Below are positions 33,454 through 45,685 of a stretch of DNA of 64,000 nucleotides, piece after piece. The translations under genes were made by a program, and so were the position numbers. Each line of letters starts with the position of its first letter. Position 1 is the stretch's first letter. This stretch comes from Azolla caroliniana (taxonomy: Eukaryota > Plantae > Polypodiophyta), in assembly GCA_043228905.1 (NCBI GenBank), contig JBHGNT010000027.1, positions 310,001 through 374,000 of the forward strand, read 5' to 3'. The notes beneath the pieces are model-generated. The model was not told the DNA's origin. It did no database searches and was given only the letters and a program-made list of their open reading frames with translations.

Positions 33454-35907
33454 GGAAGGAGAAAGGATGCGACTCCTCTCCTGCGTCGTCCATTCGAAAT
33501 GATCGTTTAGTCAAGGTGTAGGGAGAATTTCACTAAATCCCGGGCTAGGTGATGAGGAAATAAAAGTTCAATACTCCAACACCCCAAAAAGAAAGCATAC
33601 AACGTTTAAGACCCGTAAAATCTATCACTAGCTAAACAATCATTCGGTCATGTCACTCGTTCCATCAGTCTTTCACGATCCGATTCTGGTTCTATCTGCT
33701 TTAGGGGTGGCCTACAGCACAGGTCCTGCAGGGGTCGCCCCCCACGGTTTCATAGCTGCTTTCGAGACTCGATTCAAAGGCAAAGGGAAAGGCAAAGCCA
33801 CGGCAGGTTTGGTCCGCCGGAACGGCGATCCGACCGGCATGGCCTGCGGAAACTAAACCGACATTCTATCATCGAAATGTTTGTTCTGTGCCGGCACTTA
33901 ACCGCAGGCAGTTTCCGCCACGTTTACAGTAATGGGGAATCGACCGAAAGTCAAAGCCAGAACTGTACGGTGCAGGCAAACCAGCTATTCAGCAGTTCTC
34001 AACCCCATTCTTTTCGTTGTCGAAGGATCTGGAAAACGACCTGTCTCTCCTCCTATAACTTAGATAGAATTTATAGATTACTTTGCTGCTTGCTTTTTGG
34101 TAGAAATTGAATGACCAGAAAGGGACCCTCTTTACCTTCCACCTAAGCCGCCCGCGCAAGAAAGAAGAGCTCGAAGCCAATCCCACAGCGGGAACAGTGA
34201 AGCAGGTCTTTCCGTCCAAAAAGAATAATACGGCTATTCTCACAAACGAATTGTTCCCTTTTAGAGAAAAGAAGTTAGTAGAAGTCTACTCAGGGGAGGA
34301 TAAAAGAATATGAGACGAGCGGCGCTTCGCCCAGGAAGAATATGAGCTAAAAATGAGCTGCTTTATCAGATGCTTCACCAGGTTTTTTGCCTCGCAGGAC
34401 ATTTATAATCTAAAGGGATTCCCATTCACTAAACCCTAAAACCTTACTTGAAACAAAATCGTTATGGATACGAAGAACGAGCAGGAGAGGGACGTCTGAC
34501 CTCTTCGGGCAGGTTAACGCCTAGCCTACTAATTAGACCTAAACACTAAATAAAAAAGCACATGCAAAGGCTCAATAACTATCTATTCGTTAATTTTACC
34601 AACATCGTCAGTAGAAGAGGAAGTGCTGCAAGCACAGCAGACACCGCTGAAGCATTAGATCAACCGCACATCAATGAGCGTGTAACTCAGACTGAGGGTA
34701 CGGAAGATATTGAGCGGATTGAAGAACTCGACTCCCTGATGAAGGGAGCTTACGCTAAATACGAATGGCGCAGAGCTATACAATTAATGCGGCGTTTTAT
34801 AATCCAATAAGATTATTTCGGCCGAAGAATCCTTACCTATATCGCAGTATACCATAGAACACAACTCACCCTACGAGGATGCCGCAGAAAGCAGCAACGC
34901 GCCTATGATGCGGGCCGCCGCAGAAGACGACAATTTACCGCCCATCGATTCACCTACGAGGGCAGAGGCGGAAAGCTGAATTTCCACGTTCGCCGGCATA
35001 CTATTTTTAGTGTAAATGAGGCGGAAGTAGCAGGTGGGTGCTTCTAAAATAAAGCAAAGTAGAAGAAAGAGGAAGAACCAGATAGAAGTCAAAGGTCTAG
35101 CTCTAGTAGATACAAGACCCTACCGGGTGCTTCTAAAGTGAAAGAAATGGAAAGAGAAGAATTGGATCAGTAAGGTAGGATATTAATCGTAAAAGATAAC
35201 ATGAATAATTTCCAATATTAAAGTTTACCTTGTTTTTTGTGTTTTAGGCAAGCAAGAGCTCTACTTACTTTACTGATTTCTTTTGATGTACTGAGAGCTA
35301 ACGGAGCTCCTTGCATAAGGTTCAACTCCTCATCAGTGCATGTTAGCTTCGGCAACGAGCAGGGATGAGCACGGTCTTGGTTCGTAGTTTAGCTTCCCGG
35401 TTGGCTGGCTTGGCTGGCAAATCGTCTCTGTGGTTCATCGTTTCATGCCGCATCACAGCAAGCAGAAAAAACGGATTGATATACGCGGGCACAGCCAACA
35501 GCTGAACCTAATCATCGGGGTTTACTAATGGCTTGTAGTCTAGCTTCACTGTAGTCTGTTAGCTGCCGCTTTACGTTTGTCTCGCAGCTCCACCAAAGGT
35601 GCGCAGCATGGCTGCAGTCCGGCTGGCTGCTTTTCGTGTTCGTAATTCTGATACTTGGTGTAACAGATTCTTCCCGAATTTCACAATTCTTCACGCTCCG
35701 TCCGCAGTTCAGCTCTACACCGCATCTTCCTGGAAGTGGCTTCTGCTATATGCAGCTGTTTTTTTTGTAGAAACAGGTCATCCGCTGCTTCTGGCGGCTT
35801 CTGCTATACCCTCTGTTGGCCGTGTTCATATCTGCTCGTTTGTCCTTTTCTTTTTTTTTGCTCGTCTTTGGTTTCTAGGTCTGGCGCATTTTTGTTGCTG
35901 GCTGCAT

Positions 35908-35940
<33 letters not shown>

Positions 35941-36454
35941 CTGTTGGCAGCTTTCTGCCGGCCGGTTCTAGCTTTCTAGCTGGCTGCAACTTTCAAGCAA
36001 GGTCTGGTGCATCTCTTCTCTGCGGTTCCTCCGGGATGAACCGGCGCGCGCGCGCGGCGGAAGAAGCGGGCACGCACGCCTTTGTATCTCTGGGTCTGGC
36101 ACGTCTTCTCCATGTGTGATTGCTGCTTAGCTGCCGGCTAATGAGCTCACAGTCAATGCGCAGCCGCGTGCAGCGGTAGTAATAAGGACTTGAACCCCAG
36201 CGAATCAGCAAGAAGGGCAACAACTCTTCCTCGGGAAATGAAAGAAGCCTCAGCGCGGCACCACCACCTTCGGCCCGGGACCACCATCTTCGGCCTCGAC
36301 GGGACCACCATTATCTTCGGCCCCAGCGACGGTCTATCCGTAGCGGGCTTCTGATCAGTTCGCGCTAGAAATGAAATCCTGCCTGAGAAATTCAAGATTC
36401 TCTTCGCCGATTCTTGGGTTTCAGGATACGAAGCATAGCCTCGACAAAAAACCA

Positions 36455-36569
36455 TGCTAGGCTTTGATTTTGTCAATTCGAACTTGCGTACAATGTTGTA
36501 GTCCCTACAATGCTGCAATAGCGTTCTCCGCTCCTATTGCCATTTCCGTCTCTGTATTCTTAATATACC

Positions 36570-36572
<3 letters not shown>
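36455..36572 (+). pseudogene. psbD: plastid-derived psbD fragment
   Basis: QFELA...[23 protein letters not shown] matches D2 [34 protein letters not shown], with indels. Confidence 0.8.
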
Positions 36573-36606
<34 letters not shown>

Positions 36607-36859
36607 GCCAAAAAGCTATCGACTTGAAGGGGTCCCTGCCAATGCTAGGCCATGTAGTTAATCTGTGTTTGCGGTCCACTAACGCATGAACCGCCGGCTT
36701 CACCCGGCCGCATTTGGTCCCTGTGACGCTGTTAGCGCTAGGTAAGCTTCTAACCACCGGCGGAGGTCTGAATTATTCTAAATTTGTTCTATAACCCGAA
36801 ATTTCGTATATAGAAAGATCGTTGGCAATTGCCTTTGTTCCATGGCTTTCTCTCTCTGA

Positions 36860-36946
36860 GGAAGGGTGGCCGAGCGGTTTAAAGTGTAGCACTGGAAATG
36901 CTATGTAGACTCTTGTTTACCGAGGGTTCGAATCCCTCCCCTTCCT
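36860..36946 (+). tRNA. trnS: tRNA-Ser(GGA), plastid-type
   Basis: TAGCA-CTGGAAA-TGCTA followed by TGTAGACTCTTGTTTACCGAGGGTTCGAATCCC, as in plastid trnS-GGA. Confidence 0.9.
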
Positions 36947-37605
36947 TGCCATGAATACCCCATCCACGATTTGATCGAAAAAAAAACCTAAAGCCGCCGC
37001 CTTCAGCAGCAAGTCGACAATTAATTTGGTAAATGAATTCACGATTCTTCAATACTTTCACCCGCCCTATTGACTGGCTCGTTCAGGCATGATTCATCCG
37101 GAAACGGTGGCTTTGCGATTCGCACGAGTGATGCAAGGATTATCGTATAATAACAATCCCTGGGATGCCCGTGATGAGAACCTTGGCTTGCTCCTTTCTT
37201 TTGGTGTAGGAATGGCTTTAGAGCAAACCCCCCCAGCCGCCGTACTCGGGTATGCGATCTTCCAACGTTGTGAATGAGAAGTTTGCTTCATATGCACAAA
37301 ACTAGTTGAGAAGATTGGCCCATCAATCGAACCCACCACGGCCCCAGAACCTTTTCGCTTTGGCGCGGATGAAGCGGTTGCCAGCACGCATTCCAAAGCC
37401 GCCCATCAAGGAACCCTAACGAAAAGCATATAGAATCTTTGGGTAGGGATCCTTAATTGATGATAAGGCTGCCGGGATACGGCGGAATCTCATGACCGGC
37501 CTCGACGCGGTTTCGCTTAAGGTTTCAGCCCTCCGATTAAACAGCCATGATTATAAAGAATCAATGCTCACTACGATTTTTATGAAACCCTGCCTGAACT
37601 TTATC

Positions 37606-38241
37606 ATGGCTTGCAGTCCACTTAAATAATTTGCTACTGTTCTATCGGTTTTCAAACGGATACATAGATTTTGAACATCGAAGGAAGAAAGCATATTATG
37701 CGCCACTCCGGACTATCCATTTTAATTCCTGTGGTTTTCGAGGTATCATATCAATATACGTCTTGGAATTCCGATCGATACTCGCGGAGTTGATTATCCT
37801 TCTCAAAAATGAAGATTCGGAGTAGTCTATAACTCACCAAGCATTTGATATAACCCATGCATTCGTGTACGAATTGGTGTAGATGAAATCACTTCTGCAA
37901 GTTTGGTAATCAGTATATCCCTATCAGCCGGCCGGTGGGAGCGAGAAGTGCGGGATACGTCTGGTTTACATTCTCCTAATTATCCTGATTTACGCCGTAC
38001 ATTAACCGATTACGGTTTCGAGGGTCATTTATTATGAAAAGACTTCCTCTTAAGTGGATACGTGGAAGTACGTCACGATGATCTGGAGAAATGTGTGGTT
38101 CCTGAACTGATGGAGATGGTTCAAGAATTTTGCTATTCTGATTTGGCCAGTCCTTGGCGACTAATGCCGCCCAGATCCTTTTGTAATTTTGCCAGTCCTT
38201 GGCGACTAACGCCGCCCAGATCTTTTAGTACTAACCGCCGA
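37606..38241 (+). CDS. nad9: NADH dehydrogenase subunit 9 with an atp6-like N-terminus (stop by CGA edit at 38239 uncertain; genomic TAG at 38340)
   Basis: K(W)IHRF...GVDYPSQK(R)RF.VVYN...WEREV.D...DLRR.LTDYGFEGH.L(R)KDF.LSGYVEVR...ASPW. Confidence 0.9.
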
Positions 38242-38340
38242 GGCGGCTCGGAAGCCCTCCGAATCCGAAATCAGTTCATTGTAAACCGACGAGCGGTCGG
38301 GATAAAGAAAGAAAGAATAGGTGCATGCTGGCCCAAGTAG

Positions 38341-38371
<31 letters not shown>

Positions 38372-38409
38372 CTTCGGGATGGGGGCTTGATGAATCCCCC
38401 ATCCCAACC

Positions 38410-38497
38410 GGAGGTATGGCTGAGCGGCTTAAGGCATTGGTTTGCTAAATCAACATACAATCTTCTTGTATCATGGGTTCGAATCCCATTTCCTCCG
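38410..38497 (+). tRNA. trnS: tRNA-Ser(GCU), copy 2
   Basis: Identical to 26226-26313. Confidence 0.95.
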
Positions 38498-38862
38498 AGC
38501 GAGTGCGAAGCACGAGCGATGCGACAGTGACGTGATGGAAGAAACCCATACATTGCTTTTTGGGAATGCGGCAGTGGCCTGCCGGGAGAGACCTAGCCGG
38601 TAAGGGAGTGCTAGTTTTTGCTTCTTTTCTTTTCTTTTCTTGCGCGCTTGCTGCTTTTAAGGTAACATCAATGCTGCTTTAATAACCAGTAGTGCAAGTT
38701 CATTTGGACGGACAGCGGGAAATGCGATCAATAACACGTGGAGTTGGGTCTGCGGGCAAGCAAACATTCCCCCGCACAAGTAGATTGAATAGGAGTTGGC
38801 CGGCTTCTTTTTTTCTAAAATAAATTCCGATTCGCTAGAGAGAGATCAATTGCTTGCTTGCT

Positions 38863-38936
38863 TGCGGGGTGGAGTAAATGGCCAACTCGTCAGGCTCATG
38901 ACCTGAAGACTGCGGGTTCAAACCCTGCCCCCGCAC
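38863..38936 (+). tRNA. trnfM: tRNA-fMet(CAU), copy 2
   Basis: Identical to 26679-26752. Confidence 0.9.
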
Positions 38937-40111
38937 TACATGTTGTCAACAGTAAAAAAGCAAATGAAGATTATTGTATAATAATCCATGCTTAAGAATG
39001 GGAAACTAACGTGACTATTCATATTGTCAATTCGTTATCATTCGTGTTGTCAATGAGACGGTGACATTCCAATGAAGCGGTTTTCATCATCATGAAGGCC
39101 TTCATGCATGCATGAAGAACCTGTTTGGTTTGATGAACATGCCGGTTCATCATGCTTGCTGTTTAAAATACTCGTTAGGTGGTTCCGCTTTTCTTTTGGG
39201 GAAGGCGTGCGTTTCAGGCTTGCAGGGAAAAGTGCCATTTCCGAGTTCAAAGATTGCTGCTTTAAAGTGGAAAGAAAAGTGCAAAGCATCTTCTTGCCAG
39301 TGATTCATCAAGATTGCCGCCGGCTCGGTTTAAAGTGAAAAGAAAAGTGCTGCTTTGCTTTGCTTTGCTGGATTCGCAGATTATGGCCAGAAGATGATAT
39401 TGCCTTCTTGCATGATCCTTCTGAATTTTACCAACGGAATTTCGAAATTCCAGCATTCAATTCTTTCCGCAATCTGAGCCGCATTAAAGATTATCGTATA
39501 ATAATCCATGAATATTCAGGCCTTCTTGAAAGTTCAAAAGAAGAACTTTGGTAGCCATTTATATTACACTTTTTACCGCTTCTTCTTCTTCCGCAGTGCA
39601 GTTTTCTTGCGCTTCATGAAGAAAAGGTGCTGTTTGAAATTGTAGCTTGAATCTTATCGGAAAACTAACTCTAGGCCTTCTTGATGAACAGCTATGGATA
39701 ATACGGCGGAAGTTGCTTGCGGGGAAGAACCAAGGTGGTGGATGAACCCGCTGCTTCATCAGCGCGATGAAGACGATTAACGCTACTTATCGGCTACGGT
39801 AAAGTCAGACGGCCCGATGGGGGAGTTGGTAGCAGAAGCTAGACAATTGCGGCGCGGCCCAACAAGAAAAGAAAAGAAGCGGATTGACGTGGCCGCAGTC
39901 ATTCGACCTCCCCATGCTATCTGAGTGGATGCACCTCACCCTTCCACTGGCTATGCGGGGACTGGACCAATGTGATCTCGCCTTGACGTTGGCGGTCCGG
40001 CTTATGGAGAAGAGACCAACTGTGGTGTGGCCTTCTCCAACCAAGAGTCACACCAAAATTCAAATATTGCACATGAATTCATCAACCTGCCTCGTATGGC
40101 AGAAATTGACC

Positions 40112-40285
40112 AAAAAACCGAGTTTGATCCTGGCTCAGAATGAACGCTAGCGATATGCTTAACACATGCAAGTCGAACGTTGTTTTCGTCTATAGAACAG
40201 TTGAAGACAAAGTGGCGAACGGGTGCGTAACGCGTGGGAATCTGCCAAACAGTTTGGGCCGAATCCCAAAGAAACGAAAGCAGCT

Positions 40286-40321
<36 letters not shown>

Positions 40322-40429
40322 GCTTTTCGATAAAGCTAAAAAGCGCTGTTTGATGAGCCTGCGTAGTATTAGGTAGTTGGTTGGGTAAAGGCTGACCAAG
40401 CCGCAGATGCTTAGCTGATCTTTTCGGAC

Positions 40430-40467
<38 letters not shown>

Positions 40468-40623
40468 GTAGGGAGGCAGCAGTGGGGAATATCGGACAAT
40501 GGGCGAAAGCCCGATCCAGCAATATCGCGTGAGTGAGTGAAAAACGTCGCTAACGCGAGGAAGGGCAATGCCGCTTGTAAAGCTCTTTCGTCGAGTACGC
40601 GATTATGACAAGACTCGAAGAAG

Positions 40624-40659
<36 letters not shown>

Positions 40660-40899
40660 GACGGGGGGGGCAAGTGTTATTCGGAATGACTGGGCGTAAA
40701 GGGCACGTAGGCAGTGAATCAGGTTGAAAGTCAAAGGCGCCAGCTCAACTGGCGGAATGCTTTCAAAACCAATTTACTCGAGTGGGACAGAGGGGAGTGG
40801 AATTTCGTGTGTAGGGATAAAATCCGGAGATATACGAAGGAACGCCGAAGTAGCGAAGGCAGCTTTCTGGGTCTCTACTGACGCTGAGGTGCGAAAGCT

Positions 40900-40935
<36 letters not shown>

Positions 40936-41055
40936 TGCCGTAAACGATGAGTGTTCGTCCTTGGTCCGCGGATCGGGGGCCCAGCTAACGCGTTAAACAC
41001 TCCGCCTGGGGAGTACGGTCGCAAGACTGAAACTCAAAGGAATTGACGGGGGCCT

Positions 41056-41088
<33 letters not shown>

Positions 41089-41195
41089 ACAACGCGCAAA
41101 ACCTTACCAGCCCTTGACATATGAACACTTGACGTATGAACACTTGACATATGAACCGGTGTGCTTGTCCTTAACGGGATGAAACGAAAATTCAT

Positions 41196-41234
<39 letters not shown>

Positions 41235-41670
41235 CGTTTTTGGTTAACTCCTATAACGAGCGAAACCCTCGTTTTGTGTTGCTAAGATATGCTGCTCCCA
41301 GAGGATCAATGTCATCATTCACCCTCGGCAAGCAGGAACATAGAACATGGGCTGGCTTCCGACGAACTTGAGGTTCCGACGAGCGAGCCGGTGGTAAGTG
41401 AGCCGCTTCATCGGTACCTGCCCATGAATCTGTGTTCAGTCAGCGGTTAGCCAGGATTGATGACACTCCCTCTGTGCCGATGTTGCACTCACAAGAGACT
41501 GCCCGTAGTTCTACTATGGAGGAAGGTGAGGATGACGTCAAGTCCGCATGGCCCTTATGGGCTGGGCTACACACGTGCTACAATGGCAATTACAATAGGA
41601 AGCAGGGCCGTAAGGCGGAGCGAATCCAGAAAGATTGCCTCAGTTCGGATTGTTCTCTGCAACTCGAGAA

Positions 41671-41720
<50 letters not shown>

Positions 41721-41939
41721 TGTACTCGGGCCCCGTACACACCGCCCGTCACACCCTGGGAATTGGTTTCGCCCGAAGCATCGACCAGAGATCACCCATT
41801 ACTAAAGTGTTCCATGCCTACGTTGAGTGTGGCCCATTTTGGTATTGGTGGTCTTCTTGGCGCATATCACGGTTGGGTCAGTGACTGGGGTGAAGTCGTA
41901 ACATGGTAGTCGTAGGGGAACCTGTGGCTGGAGGGAATC
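40112..41939 (+). rRNA. rrn18: mitochondrial small-subunit rRNA, copy 2 (ends approximate)
   Basis: Same conserved motifs as copy 1. Differs at 40551-40554 and 41819-41820. Confidence 0.97.
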
Positions 41940-42294
41940 TCAAAGGGAAGCGCCAGCGTCCTTTCGTTAACTGTACTGACTTGATGAAGTTAATTCCAAG
42001 TTGGGTAAATGCCGGCCCGGCCCGGCCCGGCCCGGCCCGGCCGGATGAAGCGCTATGCGCGAGGAGGAAGCGCTTCTTCATGAAGCGCATGAAGGGATTG
42101 AAACCGTAGACCAATCGCGGATGAAGCGGTTAACAGTTGAGCTACCAGCGCGGGAAGGGAAAATGTACGGTTAGTATCATATACATTCTTTGACTTTCGA
42201 GCCGCCTCATGACCTGTGAGACGTTAACTATTCAAAGACCCCAGCTGCTTGCTGCTTTCTTCGAGATTTCATGAACCTCGCTAAAGCCTAAAGC

Positions 42295-42327
<33 letters not shown>

Positions 42328-42546
42328 TGGAGTTCGAAAAACGTATAGATCGAAAGACGACGACAAAGCGAAGGCCTTCATTGCATTGCTGCGACTTGCT
42401 TGCTGCAAGGACATAAGACTTTCTTTCTAGGCCCTTTTCCCTTCCCGAGATTGAGTGATGAGAGATCGGGTGCCAACCAAGCGGCTTAGGCGCTAATCGA
42501 TAGCTTACGCCGGCCCTCAACCATTACTGCTGGGGATGGCCCACGC

Positions 42547-42582
<36 letters not shown>

Positions 42583-42656
42583 CGAGGTGTAGCGCAGTCT
42601 GGTAGCGCATCTGTTTTGGGTACAGAGGGCCATAGGTTCGAATCCTGTCACCTCGA
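42583..42656 (+). tRNA. trnP: tRNA-Pro(UGG)
   Basis: CGAGGTGTAGCGCAGTCTGGTAGCGC...TCTGT-TTTGGGT-ACAGA. Confidence 0.95.
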
Positions 42657-43022
42657 TTATTGCCGTGTACTGGGCGGGTAACCTTTCGCTCCGTCCTTTT
42701 TCCACGTCTTTCTCTGCGCTTCTTGCGGCTTCTTGTGGCATAACTCTGTCCACGGATCAAACAAGCATTGTAACCTGCCTGCCTGAAACTTCTCTGAAGA
42801 CATGACCTTCTGAGTCATCTAGGCATTCATTTTGAAACCCGGAAATTTCGTATATAGAGTTGTGAAGACTATGCCTCCTATAGATAGTAGGAAATGGTTA
42901 ACCCGAAGGTCCTAGGATTGAGAGGAGGTACTACAGATCGTAGTGCTTTAACCTCTTGCCATAAGCATCTGGCTGGGTGTAGAGTTGATTCAAGCACGTC
43001 TTCATCAGGTTTTCAAAGCCAA

Positions 43023-43094
43023 GTCCCTTTCGTCTAGTGGTTAGGACATCGTCTTTTCATGTCGAAGAAACGGGTTCGATTCCCGTAAGGGATA
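43023..43094 (+). tRNA. trnE: tRNA-Glu(UUC)
   Basis: GTCCCTTTCGTCTAGTGGTTAGGACATCGTCTTTTCATGTCGAAG..., native mitochondrial type. Confidence 0.93.
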
Positions 43095-43099
43095 ACTTT

Positions 43100-43135
<36 letters not shown>

Positions 43136-43686
43136 GGGAGGCTAGCAAAAGGTCCCTAGCCTCTTCGTTAGAGGGTTGAGCAAGAGGTCCACAGGACCCC
43201 AAGGTCCCGTAGTCCCCACGATGAGTGAGGGCTGGTTTCTCGTGGTTCAGAATGTAAACATCCCCCGCTGAACCCACCGCATCGTCTCATGTGGGTGTCT
43301 TAACACTTTCTGAATTGCCGACGACAAGACAATCTGTTCGTTGATCGAAGTCTTGAGCGATTGGGGGGTTCAGTTGAAATTTTGCTTGCCGGCTGACTGA
43401 CGTTCTCAACAACCAACCAACGATGGGCCAACGAACGAACGAGACCATATGCACCGCGGCATTCCCCTTCCCCGCGCGCGAGCCTTTTCATCCGGATGAA
43501 CAAATTCGTCACTCAACGGCGGGCGGTCAATTCGCGTAGTTTTTATTTTGTGCACAATCTAACTCTTGTGACCGAAAGCGTGCTCATGTCAACGAGACAA
43601 GTGCGCCGGAAGAGTCACTGGAGGAGTAGCGAAGGTGCGTGCCGGAGATCCCCCTTCGACTGATGAGAGCGAATCAAACTCTGACG

Positions 43687-43719
<33 letters not shown>

Positions 43720-44260
43720 ACCTAGGACTTGTAAGGGACGAGAGGGGAGACTTCACATGGAGCGCCCAGGCTTACCGCCTAGAAGCCGGTTCATTATATC
43801 AGACCCGCTTCATCGGTTCCCCACAGCATATCAAAATCCTCATCGCCGGTCGACCCGCCAATCTCTTCTCTTGAGGAGAAAAAAAGGCAAGATAAACCCT
43901 CGAAAAGGAATGCAGATCCGCTTTCATCGAGTTAACCTTTCAGAAAGAGATCGGCGCTCGTCCCTTCAGTCGCAAACCGAAGCCAAAAGTGGGTGGAGAA
44001 CTAGAATGGAAATCGACATGTTGAACGATGAACAGGCTAGAGAAAGTGCGTGCAAAGAAAGAGAGATTCAGCCGAACTACATACATAGCCTGCGTAAAAA
44101 GAAGAAAGAGAAACCCTGCCTGCCTGAAGGTAGAGCCAAGGAACCTCCGTAAAGCAAAAGGGAAGCAATGCGGACTGCCTATTTACTAAATTTCCAGATG
44201 TTCCCGTCACCTGTTATTTGGAGTCGATAGCCAATTCTGCCAGGGACAACTATTTCACCC

Positions 44261-44298
44261 GCAAACCAATGCCTTAAGCCGCTCAGTCATACCTCCGG
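44261..44298 (-). pseudogene. 5' half fragment of trnS(gcu)
   Basis: CCGGAGGTATGACTGAGCGGCTTAAGGCATTGGTTTGC, truncated at the anticodon. Confidence 0.7.
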
Positions 44299-44443
44299 CT
44301 GGCTCCCCGTTCATCATGAACCGGTTCATCATGAAGGCCTTCATGATGAAAAAGGGGCGGGTTTGATGAACCGCCTTGTAAGTGACCCTTGGCAGCGCAT
44401 TATAGTCTCTCTCGTGACCCTAACAGACACCCAATAGTTAGTT

Positions 44444-44668
44444 ACGCTAGAAGGTGCGAAATTAATTGGAGTAGGAGCGGCTATCATTGCCTCAGCGGGA
44501 GCAGTAGCAGGTACTGGAAACGTATCTAGTCCTTCGACAACCTTTGTGGCGTGAAATCTCTTATTAGCCAAATAATCATTCGGTTATGTTACTCCAGGCT
44601 TTGCCTTAACAGAAGTTATCGTCCCGTCTGCTTCGACGATGGCCTTTTCAACATCATTCGTATCTCGA
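44444..44668 (+). CDS. atp9: ATP synthase subunit 9, intronless (ACG start and CGA stop by editing)
   Basis: (M)LEGAKLIG.GAA.IA.AGA..G.GNV...VA(R)N..LAK(Q).FGY...GFALTE, 75 codons. Confidence 0.95.
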
Positions 44669-44738
44669 GAAAACAAAGGAGAACAAATAGGTTGTACCTA
44701 CGTACGGGATGGGGGGCTTGATGAATCCCCCATTTCCA

Positions 44739-44812
44739 GGGGAAATAGCTCAGTTGGTTAGAGTGCTGGTTTGTCACGCCAGAAGTCGCGGGTTCGAGCC
44801 CCGTTTTCCCCG
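44739..44812 (+). tRNA. trnD: tRNA-Asp(GUC)
   Basis: GGGGAAATAGCTCAGTTGGTTAGAG...CTGGT-TTGTCAC-GCCAG. Confidence 0.95.
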
Positions 44813-45612
44813 TTAGCATCATGCCAAGTTTGTTTTCTCAAGTCGGAGTTGATGATATTGATGGAAAAGAAGCCCGACCACCTCTGCCCTCCGAGTAGAG
44901 CATGTAGCGGAAAAACCAACCTTGTCAGTCTCTACCCTTTTTACACAGGCTATGCCTTTTCTCGTTTAGCGTAGTGTTCAAACATTAGTTTAGGTCATTT
45001 AGAGCCCATTCTGTGGCGGTTGGCTCATTCTTTGCCCCTCCGTGCTGGCTTGGCTGCTGCTTAAAGCCTTTATGCTTCCCTCAATTAATCGATTTGTGCC
45101 ACTTTACCACCTTTCAATTCAATTTGATTCAAAAAGTCAGGTCACGTACTCTTATCTAAGCAGGCTCGGCATGGAAATCATGGGTGGGGTTTTCGGCCAC
45201 GAAAGGGCAAGGCTTTGCAGTACCAGGTAGGCCTCCATGGGAGAGTGTGATGTACCAAGTCAATCGTTTGAATCCAGAAAACCTTCCAACTTGCTTGCTT
45301 GCTTGCTTGCTTGCTTGAGAATGCAATCTTTCAATTATCAGAACTCAAATGGAATGTGAAAGCCTGCCTAAGACGACGACAGAGGAATATTTTGAAAATA
45401 GCCCATGGAAAGGCGAAGAAGGGTATTAATGGTTGGCATGAAGCAAATGAAGCGTCTGAATCAAAGGATAGTTACCTATATAACATTCATTTATATATAC
45501 TAATATAATGCCATCGCGATATGCCCGGCGAACCGGGTCAGAGTTGTTCTTTTTCGTTCAATTACCACATAGAAATCTATCTTATAATTAGTAATAGTAA
45601 TACAATACATTT

Positions 45613-45685
45613 GGGTGTATAGCTCAGTTGGTAGAGCATTGGGCTTTTAATCTAATGGTCGCAGGTTCAAGTCCTGCTACACCCA
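45613..45685 (+). tRNA. trnK: tRNA-Lys(UUU)
   Basis: GGGTGTATAGCTCAGTTGGTAGAGCATTGGG-CTTTTAA-TCTAA, native type. Confidence 0.95.

Larger units (their letters stand above)
38301..42447. repeat. 4,147-bp direct repeat, copy 2
   Basis: Matches 26117-30263. Confidence 0.97.
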
